This document shows, piece after piece, positions 1 through 13,300 of a DNA stretch of 64,000 nucleotides. Position 1 is the first letter of the stretch. Each line of letters opens with the position of its first letter. The notes below the pieces were generated by a model that had not been told where the DNA came from, did no database searches, and saw only the letters and a list, made by a program, of their open reading frames with translations. The stretch comes from Laetmonice hystrix (taxonomy: Eukaryota): positions 25,484,001 through 25,548,000 of the forward strand of contig OZ249436.1 of the NCBI GenBank assembly GCA_965235115.1. Reading direction: 5' to 3'. Position numbers and translations under genes: made by a program.

Positions 1-478
1 TTTGGGAACATAGACATTAATGGTTTCGAGACGGTGCAGTGTGGACTCACTGTCAAGAGTAATACCAATTCATGGACATTTACTTATTGTTACCGTTAGT
101 TGTTATTTTCTACCATATCTATTCCCATGACAATGCAGTGTGGGCTCATTGTCAAAAATGGGACATTAATGGTTTCGAGACGGTGCAGTGAGGGCTCACT
201 GTCAAGAGTAATACCAATTCATGGACATTTACTTATTGTTACCGTTAGTTGTAATTTTCTACCATATCTATTCCCATGACAATGCAGTGTGGGCTCATTG
301 TCAAGAATGGGATGGTGACACCCTTTCTGTTCAGAAATAACCTAATTGTCCTAAACCTTTAATTAATGTTGGACACGTGCAGTGTGGGCTCACTGTCCAA
401 CTTATATTTTTAATATTATAATAAACGGGTGTTGCCCAAATAACAACATTATCTGTTTCCGAGTGTTGCCTGCATAAA
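1..478 (+). mobile_element. 3' terminal repeat (block B2) of a split-direct-repeat (Ngaro/DIRS-like) element, same family as 2823-10368, opposite orientation; truncated by the window start
   Basis: Near-exact reverse complement of ~2820-3297 (a couple of mismatches). Ends ...gttgcctgcataaa and joins the satellite at (gctt)aa|taccattatacc. Confidence 0.85.
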
Positions 479-2822
479 TACCATTATACCATCAACTCGC
501 ATTACAGGCCTAATGCGAAGCTCCTAGCCTAAAACGAGTTTCCAATTAATTTAAAGTTAACAAGATGCACTAATAATCGATTCCAAGCCTAATTAGGCCA
601 TTGCTAGTTGGATAACCAAATCTCATACAAAATACACCCTCCCGGCAGATGACCTGAGAATATTCAACTCTTATGTCCGATATATCCCTGTCCGCTTAGT
701 AGCACCCAGCCGGGCCCCCATTTTGACATTGCAACACCAATACAGCAAGTGGCCAGCTAACAGCACAAATAACAGGATTCAGGGCTTCCTACCACGTTAC
801 AAGTCACAATAGATTGCTGCCTGTCGTAAAAATATACCAGACCATTTTAAAAAGTCACAGAACCCCAATCCGGCCCTAGTATGTCACTCCCAGTACCAAT
901 ACACGCTGGAAGCACCATCAACTGAAATTCAGGCCTAGAACCCACCTCTCTCTACCAATATCATGCACCTAGTCCGTATACGAGGTTGTAATTTACTTTA
1001 ATCAACGGGCTGCGCCGCAGCAACCCACTCTGGTCTTTGCAATCTTTTTCAATATGCGTTAACATTTGTGACCAGCTCAACGCGCCTTGTAAAATTTTTC
1101 AAAGTGCGTAAAAGTGTGTGTCCACCCCGACACGCTTTCCAAACCACTATACCCACCGAGCGACATCCACTCAAATACAGGCTTCGACCGATCCTCACTA
1201 TGCCAATAATCCGCAACAAGGCAAATTCAGTCAATGCAAGCTGGAAAATCGAATGTCACACCTAATGCTTCCCCCCCCCCAGCACGTTAACTGAAAATAA
1301 TCAACTAGCTTGAAAACTAGAATATAGCTTTGTTTAGCTAACAATCTACTCTCCCAGCGCCATCAACTCGCATACAGGCGTAAAAGCAAACGCACTGCCC
1401 CATATAATGCTCCCAGCCTAAAACGATGTTGCAATTAATTTAAAATTAACAAGATGCACTAGTCATCCGATCCAAGCCTAATTACGTCATTGCTAGTTTC
1501 ATAACCAAATCTCACAGAAAATACCCCACCCGGGCACATAACCTGAAAATATTCAACGTTTATCTCCAATGTATCCCTGTGCACCTAGTAGCACCCAAGC
1601 GAGCCCAATTTTGACATTCCAACACAAATACCGCAAATACCCGCCTAATGGCACAAAAAACTTTCTACCCTGTTGCAAGTCACATTAGCTTGCTGCTTGT
1701 CGTAAAAAATGGTGCAGACCATTTCTAAAGTCACAGTACCCCACTCCCGGCCTAATATTACGTTTCAGTATCCATATACGCTGCAAGCGGCAGGAACTCG
1801 AATACAGGCCTAAAAGTAACCCCAGTCTAGCAATATCATACTCCCATGCCATATACGAGCTTGTAATTATCTTTAATTAATGGGCTCCGCAGCACCAACC
1901 CACTGCATTAACATTTGTTTACCAGCTTAACACACCTTGTAAAATTTTTTCAAGTGCGTAAAAATGCGTGTCCACCTCCACATACTTTAAAAATCACTAT
2001 ACCCACCCAGCGACATCCACTCTACTACGCGCCTAAAAGGAACTTCACTGTCCCATTTGATTCTCCAGCACGTATAGGATGTTTCAAGTAACATTCATCC
2101 ACGGTCTGGCCCAATAACGTGCAACAAGGCATAGTAAGTCAATGCGAGCTCGCATGTCAAACCTAACCCGCCCCCCAGCACATGAGCTGAAAATATTCAA
2201 ATAGCTTGAAAACTAGAATATAGCTTTGCTTAATACCATTATACCATCAACTCGCATTACAGGCCTAATGCGAAGCTCCCAGCCTAAAACGAGTTTCCAA
2301 TTAATTTAAAGTTAACAAGATGCACTAATAATCGATTCCAAGCCTAATTAGGCCATTGCTAGTTGGGTAACCAAATCTCATACAAAATACACCCTCCCGG
2401 CAGATGACCTGAGAATATTCAACTCTTATGTCCGATATATCCCTGTCCGCTTAGTAGCACCCAGCCGGGCCCCCATTTTGACATTGCAACACCAATACAG
2501 CAAGTGCCCAGCTAACAGCACAAATAACAGGATTCAGGGCTTCCTACCACGTTACAAGTCACAATAGATTGCTGCCTGTCGTAAAAATATACCAGACCAT
2601 TTTAAAAAGTCACAGAATCCCAATCCGGCCCTAATATGTCACTCCCAGTACCAATACACGCTGGAAGCACCATCAACTGAAATTCAGGCCTAGAACCCAC
2701 CTCTCTCTACCAATATCATGCACCTAGTCCGTATACGAGGTTGTAATTTACTTTAATCAACGGGCTGCGCCGCAGCAACCCACTCTGGTCTTTGCAATCT
2801 TTTTCAATATGCGTTAACATTT
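479..2822. repeat. 1.75-kb macrosatellite, ~1.3 units between two element copies
   Basis: 479-1067 recurs about 1755 bp later (~2234-2822); same unit as the rest of the window. Confidence 0.97.
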
Positions 2823-2993
2823 ATGCAGGCAACACTCGGAAACAGATAATGTTGTTATTTGGGCAACACCCGTTTATTATAATATTAAAAATATAAGTTG
2901 GACAGTGAGCCCACACTGCACGTGTCCAACATTAATTAAAGGTGTAGGACAATTAGGTTATTTCTGAACAGAAAGGGTGTCACCATCCCATTC

Positions 2994-3291
2994 TTGACAA
3001 TGAGCCCACACTGCATTGTCATGGGAATAGATATGGTAGAAAATTACAACTAACGGTAACAATAAGTAAATGTCCATGAATTGGTATTACTCTTGACAGT
3101 GAGCCCTCACTGCACCGTCTCGAAACCATTAATGTCCCATTTTTGACAATGAGCCCACACTGCATTGTCATGGGAATAGATATGGTAGAAAATTACAACT
3201 AACGGTAACAATAAGTAAATGTCCATGAATTGGTATTACTCTTGACAGTGAGTCCACACTGCACCGTCTCGAAACCATTAATGTCTATGTT
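2994..3291. repeat. 149-bp tandem duplication inside block B (also in the other B copies), carrying repeated hairpin motifs
   Basis: ttgacaatgagcccacactgcattgtca starts at 2994 and again at 3143. Confidence 0.85.
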
Positions 3292-5579
3292 CCCAAATCT
3301 AAAAATAGGAACATTATCGTTAAAAAATATGTGTTAAAGGGTTAAAAATGTGTTGAACAGTTAAATGTGAGTGGCGACGCAGAGCCCATCAAACAGATGA
3401 CCTAAGGCGGCAGGTGGGGCGGTGAAGGCACTGAAAACCGTTACCCTGCGTGTCTTGAAGAAAGTGGGAAGATTCAAGGACAACGTCACGGTCGTCAACC
3501 GGTTGCGGCATGATGCATGATGGGATTCGGCGTGACATAATTATTCAACACATGACCCAGAAAGTTGTTGCCATGACGGCACTGATTCAGACAGTAGGCC
3601 TCTCGTGTTTTCCTGCATAAAATTCGTTGAACCTTCGATTACAACGTGCCTTTATGCAGGCAACACTCGGAAACAGATAATGTTGTTATTTGGGCAACAC
3701 CCGTTTATTATAATATTAAAAATATAAGTTGGACAGTGAGCCCACACTGCACGTGTCCAACATTAATTAAAGGTGTAGGACAATTAGGTTATTTCTGAAC
3801 AGAAAGGGTGTCACCATCCCATTCTTGACAATGAGCCCACACTGCATTGTCATGGGAATAGATATGGTAGAAAATTACAACTAACGGTAACAATAAGTAA
3901 ATGTCCATGAATTGGTATTACTCTTGACAGTGAGCCCTCACTGCACCGTCTCGAAACCATTAATGTCCCATTTTTGACAATGAGCCCACACTGCATTGTC
4001 ATGGGAATAGATATGGTAGAAAATTACAACTAACGGTAACAATAAGTAAATGTCCATGAATTGGTATTACTCTTGACAGTGAGTCCACACTGCACCGTCT
4101 CGAAACCATTAATGTCTATGTTCCCAAATCTAAAAATAGGAACATTATCGTTAAAAAATATGTGTTAAAGGGTTAAAAATGTGTTGAACAGTTAAATGTG
4201 AGTGGCGACGCAGGCCACTAACCTGCTTGGAACAAGCAGGTGGAGCCACCCACAACACACAGTGCAGGGATGCAGGGAAATGAAACGCCTATTCTGCAAC
4301 CGATGCAAATCATCTGCTTTCCCTTGTTTCCTTGATTCTTTGAAGGTCAAGTTGAGTTAATGATTGTGTCACAAATATTATGGTATGAAACTCAACCATG
4401 GAGTTTCAAACATATTCCCCACACAGGGCAACTGCAAAAAGAATGGAGGTATAGCTCCAATAAAAACATCTTGTCGATCCAACGAAGATGGACACCGGCT
4501 AGGCCTATTATCTAGTCAGATCCGAAAAACCGCTCCAAATCCCATTTTAACTGAAGCGTCCATACGGAGTTTCAAGGAGACACCGCGATTGTTGGTGAAA
4601 AGCATTCTTTGCTAATATTATATGATCATACAGATCACACACGTAGATCTGCTCTTGCACCACTGCATCTGGCCACAGCAAGAATGGTCTGGAAGAGACT
4701 GGGAGTACCCAGTCGAGGCTCAGGCCGGGCCGAACTCCTATCTCCAACCTCCCTGAACAGTCGTAAATGGGAACCGTCTGGACACCAGCCGCGAATCCTT
4801 GCGAAATAGTCGAGGCCGACCCGGTTCCACTTAACCCACAATGAGACGCTCCCTCTTGCATGGGGGCATGGAGATCGGAGAATTCCGTGGGAGCTTGGGC
4901 TTGGACCTCAATCGTGTAGTCGCCATCATGAACAGAAGCCGTACAAGGGAACATGGCCAGGGTAACAACCCGCTCATTGAAGTTGATTGAATTGAAGGGC
5001 TCATTGTAGAGCCAAAGTCAATGACAAAACGCCCAGATTGAATAATTCATGTTGTGTATAACATTGGCCGAATAGGGGAAGTATAATATTATACTGAATA
5101 ATTCATTTAGCATAATGTAAATCGTTACGTAATATACGATTATGAAATTAAACTGATATCTACGAATTTGATGATAGAGATAAGCCTAGATGATATGTCA
5201 GTCAGTGGCGAAAAACCATGGTTTACATGTAATAATAATACATATACATGTATAATAACATAAATGTAATATAATATAAATTGAACGTAAATCAAATGTT
5301 AGGCACACATGTGATACTGATAGGCTGCTAATCCAGGGGAAACCCACGATCTCCCAATGGCCTATACGGCCAACAAAATATTGTTAATATTATAATAATG
5401 TATCTCTGAAGCAGCAAAAAGTAAAATAAATGTAAAAGAGACTGAACATTCGAACTGCTGTCGCGCTGATCCAACAGAACACTCGATGGTCTCTCAATGG
5501 CTGAGCCTAACAGTGAACACAACATTTATGTCGTGAACGCATCACATCAGTCGATGTAATTGCAACGTAAACAAAATGG

Positions 5580-6640
5580 TTAAATGTGAGCCAGATCCTA
5601 GATGGGCTGCAAACTCAGGACAGTCGAATCCCAACGATCTTTCATTGGCATTGGCATATATGCAGTGGCCAATATCAATTAACTATAATGTTGTATCACT
5701 GAAGCAAAAATTATAATAATATAAATATTAAGAGACTGAAAATTTGCGACTGGTATGTCATATGAGGCCAATATCAAGTAAATATAATATTGCATCACTG
5801 AAGCAAAGACAAAGTATATTATATAATCTCAATAAAAAGACTATGTATCGTGTACATGTCACATCAACAGTAATGAAGTAAAGTAATACAGTATGAAGTG
5901 AAATCAATCAGTCGGGTAAATGTGAGCCAGACATGAGAAGGGCTGCTAATTTAGCATAAGCCCAACGATCCCTCAATGTCACATCAGGCCAATATCAAGT
6001 AAATATATTGCATCACTGAAGCAGAGACAAAGTATAATATCTCAATAAAAGAGTCTATGTATCGTGAATATATCACATCAACTGAGGTAATATAATATGA
6101 ATTGAAACAAATCAATTGGGTAAATGTGAGCCAGACATAAGAAGGGGCCGCTAATCCAGCATAAGCCCAACGATCTCTTAATGTCATATCAGGGCAATAG
6201 CAATAATATATTGTATCGCCGAAGCAAACACAAAGTATTGAAACAAAATCAATTGGGTAAATGTGAGCCAGACATGAGAACTCAGAGAAGGGCTGCTAAT
6301 CCAGGATAAGCCCAACGATCTCTTAAGGTCATATCAGGACAAAAGCAATAATATATTGTATCGCCGAAGCAAACACAAAGTATTGAAACAAAAATCAATT
6401 GGCTAAAATGTGAGCCAGACATGAGAAAGGCTGCTAATCTAGCATAAGCCCAACGATCTCTCAATGTCATATCAGGCCAATAGAATAATATATTGTATCA
6501 TCAAAGCAAAAACAAAGTATTGAAACAAAATCAATCGGGTAAACTAAATGTGAGCCAGACATGAGAAGGGGGTGATAATCCAGCATAAGCCCAACGATCT
6601 CTCAATGTCATATCAGGCCGATAGAATAATATATTGTATC
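5580..6640. repeat. Degenerate tandem repeats (~135-200 bp, ~6 copies) inside family-1 element
   Basis: Recurring aaatgtgagccagacatgagaag...agcccaacgatctctcaatgtcatatcaggcc near 5582, 5918, 6122, 6259, 6407 and 6547. Confidence 0.85.
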
Positions 6641-6679
6641 ACCGAAGCGAAGTAAAATGTAGCAATAAAAAAAAAAAAT

Positions 6680-9200
6680 TAATAAAGACTGAAAGAAAAC
6701 TGGAACTGCTGATCAAAGAGAAAACCCAATAGTTTCCTGATGACAGAGCCCAACACAAAAATATATACGAGATATAAATCCCATTAATATCAATCATAAT
6801 CAAATGTGACCAATAATGAAGAGAACCAAACGGTCTCCCAATAAGGTCTAAATATAGCAATAACAAGGTGTATAATGTAGCCATAATAAAAATATAAAGA
6901 CTGAATAGAAAGTTGGAACTACTGATCAAAGAGAAAACATTATAGTCTCTTGATGACAGAGCCCAACACAAAATACGGGATATAAATCCCATTAATATCA
7001 ATCATAATAAAATGTGACCAATAATGAAGAGAACCAAACGGTCTCCCAATAAGGTCTAAATATAGCAATAATAAGGTGTATAATGTAGCGATAATAAAAA
7101 TATAAAGACTGAAAAGAAAACTGGAACTACTGATCAAAGAGAAAACATTATAGTCTCTCTATGACAGAGCCCAACACAAAAATATATATGCGGGATATAA
7201 ATCCCATTAATATCAATCATAATAAAATGTGACCAATAATGAAGAGAACCAAACGGTCTCCCAATAAGGTCTAAATATAGCAATAATAAGGTGTATAATG
7301 TAGCGATAATAAAAATATAAAGACTGAAAAGAAAACTGGAACTACTGATCAAAGAGAAAACATTATAGTCTCTCTATGACAGAGTCCAACACAAAAATAT
7401 ATATGCGGGATATAAATCCCATTAATATCAATCAATCATAATAAAATGTGACCAATAATGAAGAGAACCAAACGGTCTCCCAATAAGGTCTAAATATAGC
7501 AATAATAAGGTGTATAATATAGCAATAATAAAAATATAAAGACTGAAAAGAAAATTGGAACTACTGATCAAAGAGAAAATATGATAGTCTCTCGATGACA
7601 GAGCCCAACACAAAAATATATATACGGGATATAAATCCCATTAATATCAATCAATCATAATAAAATGTGACCAATAATGAAGAGAACCAAACGGTCTCCC
7701 AAAAAGGTCTATAGCAATAATAAGGTGTATAATGTAGCAATAACAAACATATAAAGACTGAAAAGAAAAATGGAACTGCTGATCAAAGAGAAAACAGTAT
7801 AGTCTCTCGATGACAGAGCCCAACGCAAAAATATATATACGGGATATAAATCCCATTAATATCAATCATAATCAAATGTGACCAATAATGAAGAGAACCA
7901 AACGGTCTCCCAATAAGGTCTATAGCAATAATAAGGTGTATAATGTAGCAATAATAAACATACAAAGACTGAAAGGAAAATTGGAACTGCTGATCAAAGA
8001 GAAAACATGATAGTCTCTCGATGACAGAGCCCAAAACAAAAATACGGGATATAAATCCCATTAATATCAATCATAATAAAATGTGACCAATAATGAAGAG
8101 AACCAAACGGTCTCCCAATAAGGTCTATAGCAATAATAAGGTGTATAATGTAGCAATAACAAACATATAAAGACTGGAAAGAAAATTGGAACTGCTGATC
8201 AAAGAGAAAACATGATAGTCTCTCGATGACAGAGCCCAACACAAAAATACGGGATATAAATCCCATTAATATCAATCATAATCAAATGTGACCAATAATG
8301 AAGAGAACCAAACGGTCTCCCAATAAGGTCTATAGCAATAATAAGGTGTATAATGTAGCAATAACAAACATATAAAGACTGGAAAGAAAATTGGAACTAC
8401 TGATCAAAGAGAAAACAGTATAGTCTCTCGATGACAGAGCCCAACGCAAAAATATATATACGGGATATAAATCCCATTAATATCAATCATAATAAAATGT
8501 GACCAATAATGAAGAGAACCAAACGGTCTCCCAATAAGGTCTATAGCAATAATGTGTATAATGTAGCGATAATAAACATAAAGACTGAAAAGAAAATTGG
8601 AACTTCTGATCAAAGAGAAAACAGTATAGTCTCTCGATGACAAAGCCCAACGCAAAAATATATATACGGGATATAAATCCCATTAATATCAATCATAATA
8701 AAATGTGACCAATAATGAAGAGAACCAAACGGTCTCCCAATAAGGTCTATAGCAATAATAAGGTGTATAATGTAGCAATAATAAACATATAAAGACTGAA
8801 AAGAAAATTGGAACTACTGATCAAAGAGAAAACATGATAGTCTCTCGATGACAGAGCCCAACGCAAAAATATACGGGATATAAATCCCATTAATATATCA
8901 AAAATAATAAAATGTGACCAATAATGAAGAGAACCAAACGGTCTCCCAATAAGGTCTATAGCAATAATAAGGTGTATACTGTAGCAATAATAAACATATA
9001 AAGACTGAAAAGAAAATTGGAACTACTGATCAAGGAGAAAACATGATAGTCTCTCGATGACAGAGCCCAACACAAAAATAAGTAATCTAAATCCCATTAA
9101 TATCAATCGTAATAAAATGTGACCAATAATAAAGAGAACCAAATGGTCTCCCAATAAGGTCTAAATATAGCAATCATAAGGTGTATAATGTATCAATAAA
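6680..9200. repeat. ~205-220 bp A-rich tandem repeat, 12 copies, inside family-1 element
   Basis: Marker gaaccaaa(c/t)ggtctccc recurs 12 times between ~6825 and ~9150. The repeated minus-strand ORFs here are by-products of the repeat. Confidence 0.95.
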
Positions 9201-10368
9201 AAATATATATATACAACACACGTAGCCAGATTAATTAAACAGGCCCCGTAATGTACAGTATATACGGGATACATATCAATCATCATTCACAAATATGCTG
9301 TAAATTGTAATGTATCAATAATGTATAAAGAAACCGTGGCCAATAGAATGAATTTAATGTAGGCCTAACAATATATCAGGTTAAGGTAGCATTTATACAA
9401 TAATTTACATGTGTAGGAAAACATTGGCAATAGGAAATAACCACTGAATGATGGATGAAAACAAAACGGTCACTCTTGTAGATCTACTCCCGCAAGACAA
9501 AATTCAATGGCATTTTAATAGACACGACACGTAGCCACCCGTCCTCAGAGCCAACGTCAAACACTAAGTCAATAAGTGACTAACGAGGTTACTAGATTCT
9601 AAACTAGTAGATATCATATAGTCATAACTAACGTCGTTAGATTAAACGCTAATGTAGGCTCAGGCTAAGTATCAAATTCATGACATAAGACAAGTCGATC
9701 CAGTTAGACCGGCTAGCCTGACTAGCCTAGTGACAGTGTCTATCATTATCAATCAACTAGATCTAGTCTATAACAAAACTACAGCCACATTCACTAGATC
9801 TAGATCTACCCCGATAGTAAAGAACTAACGGTGACGTTAAATTCGGATTCACTTTAGAACTAAACTCCTTGGGTATCTGTGACAGGACGACGAAGATGAA
9901 TGCTGTCACTAAGACAAGTAAGAGTAAGAATCAAGACGTACCCAGACGCCATTTTGCTTAGCCTAGCCCTAGGCCTAACTCCTAGGAGATATAAAGATGG
10001 CTAAACCTAGGCCAACAGACTATGCCTAGAAAATGAAAGCAAGTACAAAAGACGGGTGACCATTTTATAAAGACGTGACTAGAAACTCAACCTCGGATGA
10101 ACTAAAATTAAGACGATTGAGAGTGATAAAATGCGACCGTTGCCACTGAAAACCGTTACCCTGCGTGTCTTGAAGAAAGTGGGAAGATTCAAGGACAACG
10201 TCACGGTCGTCAACCGGTTGCGGCATGATGCATGATGGGATTCGGCGTGACATAATTATTCAACACATGACCCAGAAAGTTGTTGCCATGACGGCACTGA
10301 TTCAGACAGTAGGCCTCTCGTGTTTTCCTGCATAAAATTCGTTGAACCTTCGATTACAACGTGCCTTT

Positions 10369-13300
10369 GTGACCAGCTCAACGCGCCTTGTAAAATTTTT
10401 CAAAGTGCGTAAAAGTGTGTGTCCACCCCGACACGCTTTCCAAACCACTATACCCACCGACCGACATCCACTCAAATACAGGCTTCGACCGATCCTCACT
10501 GTGCCAATAATCCGCCACAAGGCAAATTCAGTCAATGCAAGCTGGAAAATCGAATGTCACACCTAATGCTTCCCCCCCCCCCCCCAGCACGTTAACTGAA
10601 AATAATCAACTAGCTTGAAAACTAGAATATAGCTTTGTTTAGCTAACAATCTACTCTCCCAGCGCCATCAACTCGCATACAGGCGTAAAAGCAAACGCAC
10701 TGCCCCATATAATGCTCCCAGCCTAAAACGATGTTGCAATTAATTTAAAATTAACAAGATGCACTAGTAATCCGATCCAAGCTTAATTACGTCATTGCTA
10801 GTTTCATAACCGAATCTCACAGAAAATACCCCACCCGGGCACATAACCTGAAAATATTCAACTTTTATCTCCAATGTATCCCTGTGCACCTAGTAGCACC
10901 CAAGCGGGCCCAATTTTGACATTCCAACACAAATACCGCAAATACCCGCCTAATGGCACAAAAAACTTTCTACCCCGTTGCAAGTCACATTAGCTTGCTG
11001 CTTGTCGTAAAAAATGGTGCAGACCATTTCTAAAGTCACAGTACCCCACTCCCGGCCTAATATTACGTTTCAGTATCCATATACGCTGCAAGCGGCAGGA
11101 ACTCGAATACAGGCCTAAAAGTAACCCCAGTCTAGCAATATCATACTCCCATGCCATATACGAGCTTGTAATTATCTTTAATTAATGGGCTCCGCAGCAC
11201 CAACCCACTGCATTAACATTTGTTTACCAGCTTAACGCACCTTGTAAAAATTTTTTAAGTGCGTAAAAATGCGTGTCCACCTCCACATACTTTAAAAATC
11301 ACTATACCCACCCAGCGACATCCACTCTAATACACGCCTAAAAGGAACTTCACTGTCCCATTTGATTCTCCAGCCCGTATAGGATGTTTCAAGTAACATT
11401 CATCCACGGTCTGAGCCAATACCCTGCAACAAGGCAGAGTAAGTCAATGCGAGCTTGCATGTTAAACCTAACCCGCCCCCAGCACATGAGCTGAAAATAT
11501 TCAAATAGCTTGAAAACTAGAATATAGCGTTGCTTAATACCATTATACCGCATTACAGGCCTAATGCGAAGCTACCAGCCTAAAACGAGGTTCCAATTAA
11601 TTTAAAATTAACAAGATGCACTAATAATCGATTCCAAGCCTAATTAGGCCATTGCTAGTTGGATAACCAAATCTCATACAAAATACACCCTCCCGGGAGA
11701 TGACCTGAGAATATTCAACTCTTATGTCCGATATATCCCTGTCCGCTTAGTAGCACCCAGCCGGGCCCCCATTTTGACATTGCAACACCAATACAGCAAG
11801 TGCCCAGCTAACAGCACAAATAACAGGATTCAGGGCTTCCTACCACGTTACAAGTCACAATTGATTGCTGCCTGTCGTAAAAATATACCAGCCATTTTTA
11901 TAAGTCACAGAACCCCAATCCGGCCCTAATATGTCACTCCCAGTACCAATAAACGCTGAAAGCACCATCAACTGAAATCCAGGCCTAGAACCCACCTCTC
12001 TCTACCAATATCATGCACCTAGTCCGTATACGAGGTTGTAATTTACTTTAATCAACGGGCTGCGCCGCAGCAACCCACTCTGGTTTTTGCAATATTTTTC
12101 AATATGCATTAACATTTATGACCAGCTCAACGCGCCTTGTAAAATTTTTCAAAGTGCGTAAAAGTGTGTGTCCATCCCTACACGCTTTCCAAACCACTAT
12201 ACCCACCGAGCGACATCCACTCAAATACCGGCTTCGACCGATCCTCACTGTGCCAATAATCCGCCACAAGGCAAATTCAGTCAATGCAAGCTGGAAAATC
12301 GAATGTCAAACCTAATACTCCCCCCCCAGCACATTAACTGAAAATAATCAACTAGCTTGAAAACTAGAATATAGCTTTGTTTAGCTAACAATCTACTCTC
12401 CCAGCGCCATCAACTCGCATACAGGCGTAAAAGCAAACGCACCGCCCCATATAATGCTCCCAGCCTAAAACGATGTTGCAATTAATTTAAAATTAACCAG
12501 ATGCACTAGTAATCCGATCCAAGCTTAATTACGTCATTGCTAGTTTCATAATCAAATCTCACAGAAAATACCCCACCCGGGCACATAACCTGAAAATATT
12601 CAACTTTTATCTCTAATGTATCCCTGTGCACCTAGTAGCACCCAAGCGGGCCCAATTTTGACATTCCAACACAAATACCGCAAATACCCGCCTAATGGCA
12701 CAAAAAACTTTCTACCCCGTTGCAAGTCACATTAGCTTGCTGCTTGTCGTAAAAAATGGTGCAGACCATTTCTAAAGTCACAGTACCCCACTCCCGGCCT
12801 AATATTACGTTTGAGTATCCATATACGCTGCAAGCGGCAGGAACTCGAATACAGGCCTAAAAGTAACCCCAGTCTAGCAATATCATACTCCCATGCCATA
12901 TACGAGCTTGTAATTATCTTTAATTAATGGGCTCCGCAGCACCAACCCACTCCATTAACATTTGTTTACCAGCTTAGCGCACCTTGTAAAATTTTTTCAA
13001 GTGCGTAAAAATGCGTGTCCACCTCCACATACTTTAAAAATCACTATACCCACCCAGCGACATCCACTCTAATACACGCCTAAAAGGAACTTCACTGTCC
13101 CATTTGATTCTCCAGCACGTATAGGATGTTTCAAGTAACATTCATCCACGGTCTGGCCCAATAACGTGCAACAAGGCATAGTAAGTCAATGCGAGCTCGC
13201 ATGTCAAACCTAACCCGCCCCCCAGCACATGAGCTGAAAATATTCAAATAGCTTGAAAACTAGAATATAGCTTTGCTTAATACCATTATACCATCAACTC

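Larger units (their letters stand above)
2823..10368 (-). mobile_element. Non-autonomous split-direct-repeat retroelement, Ngaro-type (tyrosine-recombinase retrotransposon architecture A1-internal-B1-A2-B2), family 1
   Basis: Minus-strand order: A1 10144-10365 (222 bp), internal region, B1 3654-4213 (560 bp), A2 3429-3650, 46-bp spacer, B2 2823-3382. The internal junction gtgcc-TTT-atgcagg (3646-3660) reproduces the two outer ends. Inserted in satellite aaca-TTT-gtgacc; the extra TTT is explained by the junction core, with no separate TSD. No RT or YR ORF seen. Confidence 0.85.

Noticed and set aside
29..400. Iron-responsive elements (CAGUGN) or a CRISPR-like repeat-spacer array
   Set aside because: The loop is 11 nt and lacks the IRE 5-bp upper stem with bulged C; the spacers are themselves duplicated and no cas genes are present.
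1049..1265. Repeated 61-65 aa ORFs (MTSSTRLVKFF..., MTEFALWRII...) in every satellite unit
   Set aside because: Mostly non-ATG starts, open on both strands, no recognisable domain, not preserved in the paralogous half-unit; recurrence just reflects the repeat.
6639..8692. Hydrophobic minus-strand ORFs resembling membrane proteins
   Set aside because: They arise from the T-rich strand of the 210-bp repeat and frames shift between units.
6680..9200. Hammerhead ribozyme or retrozyme in the tandem repeat
   Set aside because: ctgatga occurs in only one unit and no correctly placed GAAA core with flanking helices was found.
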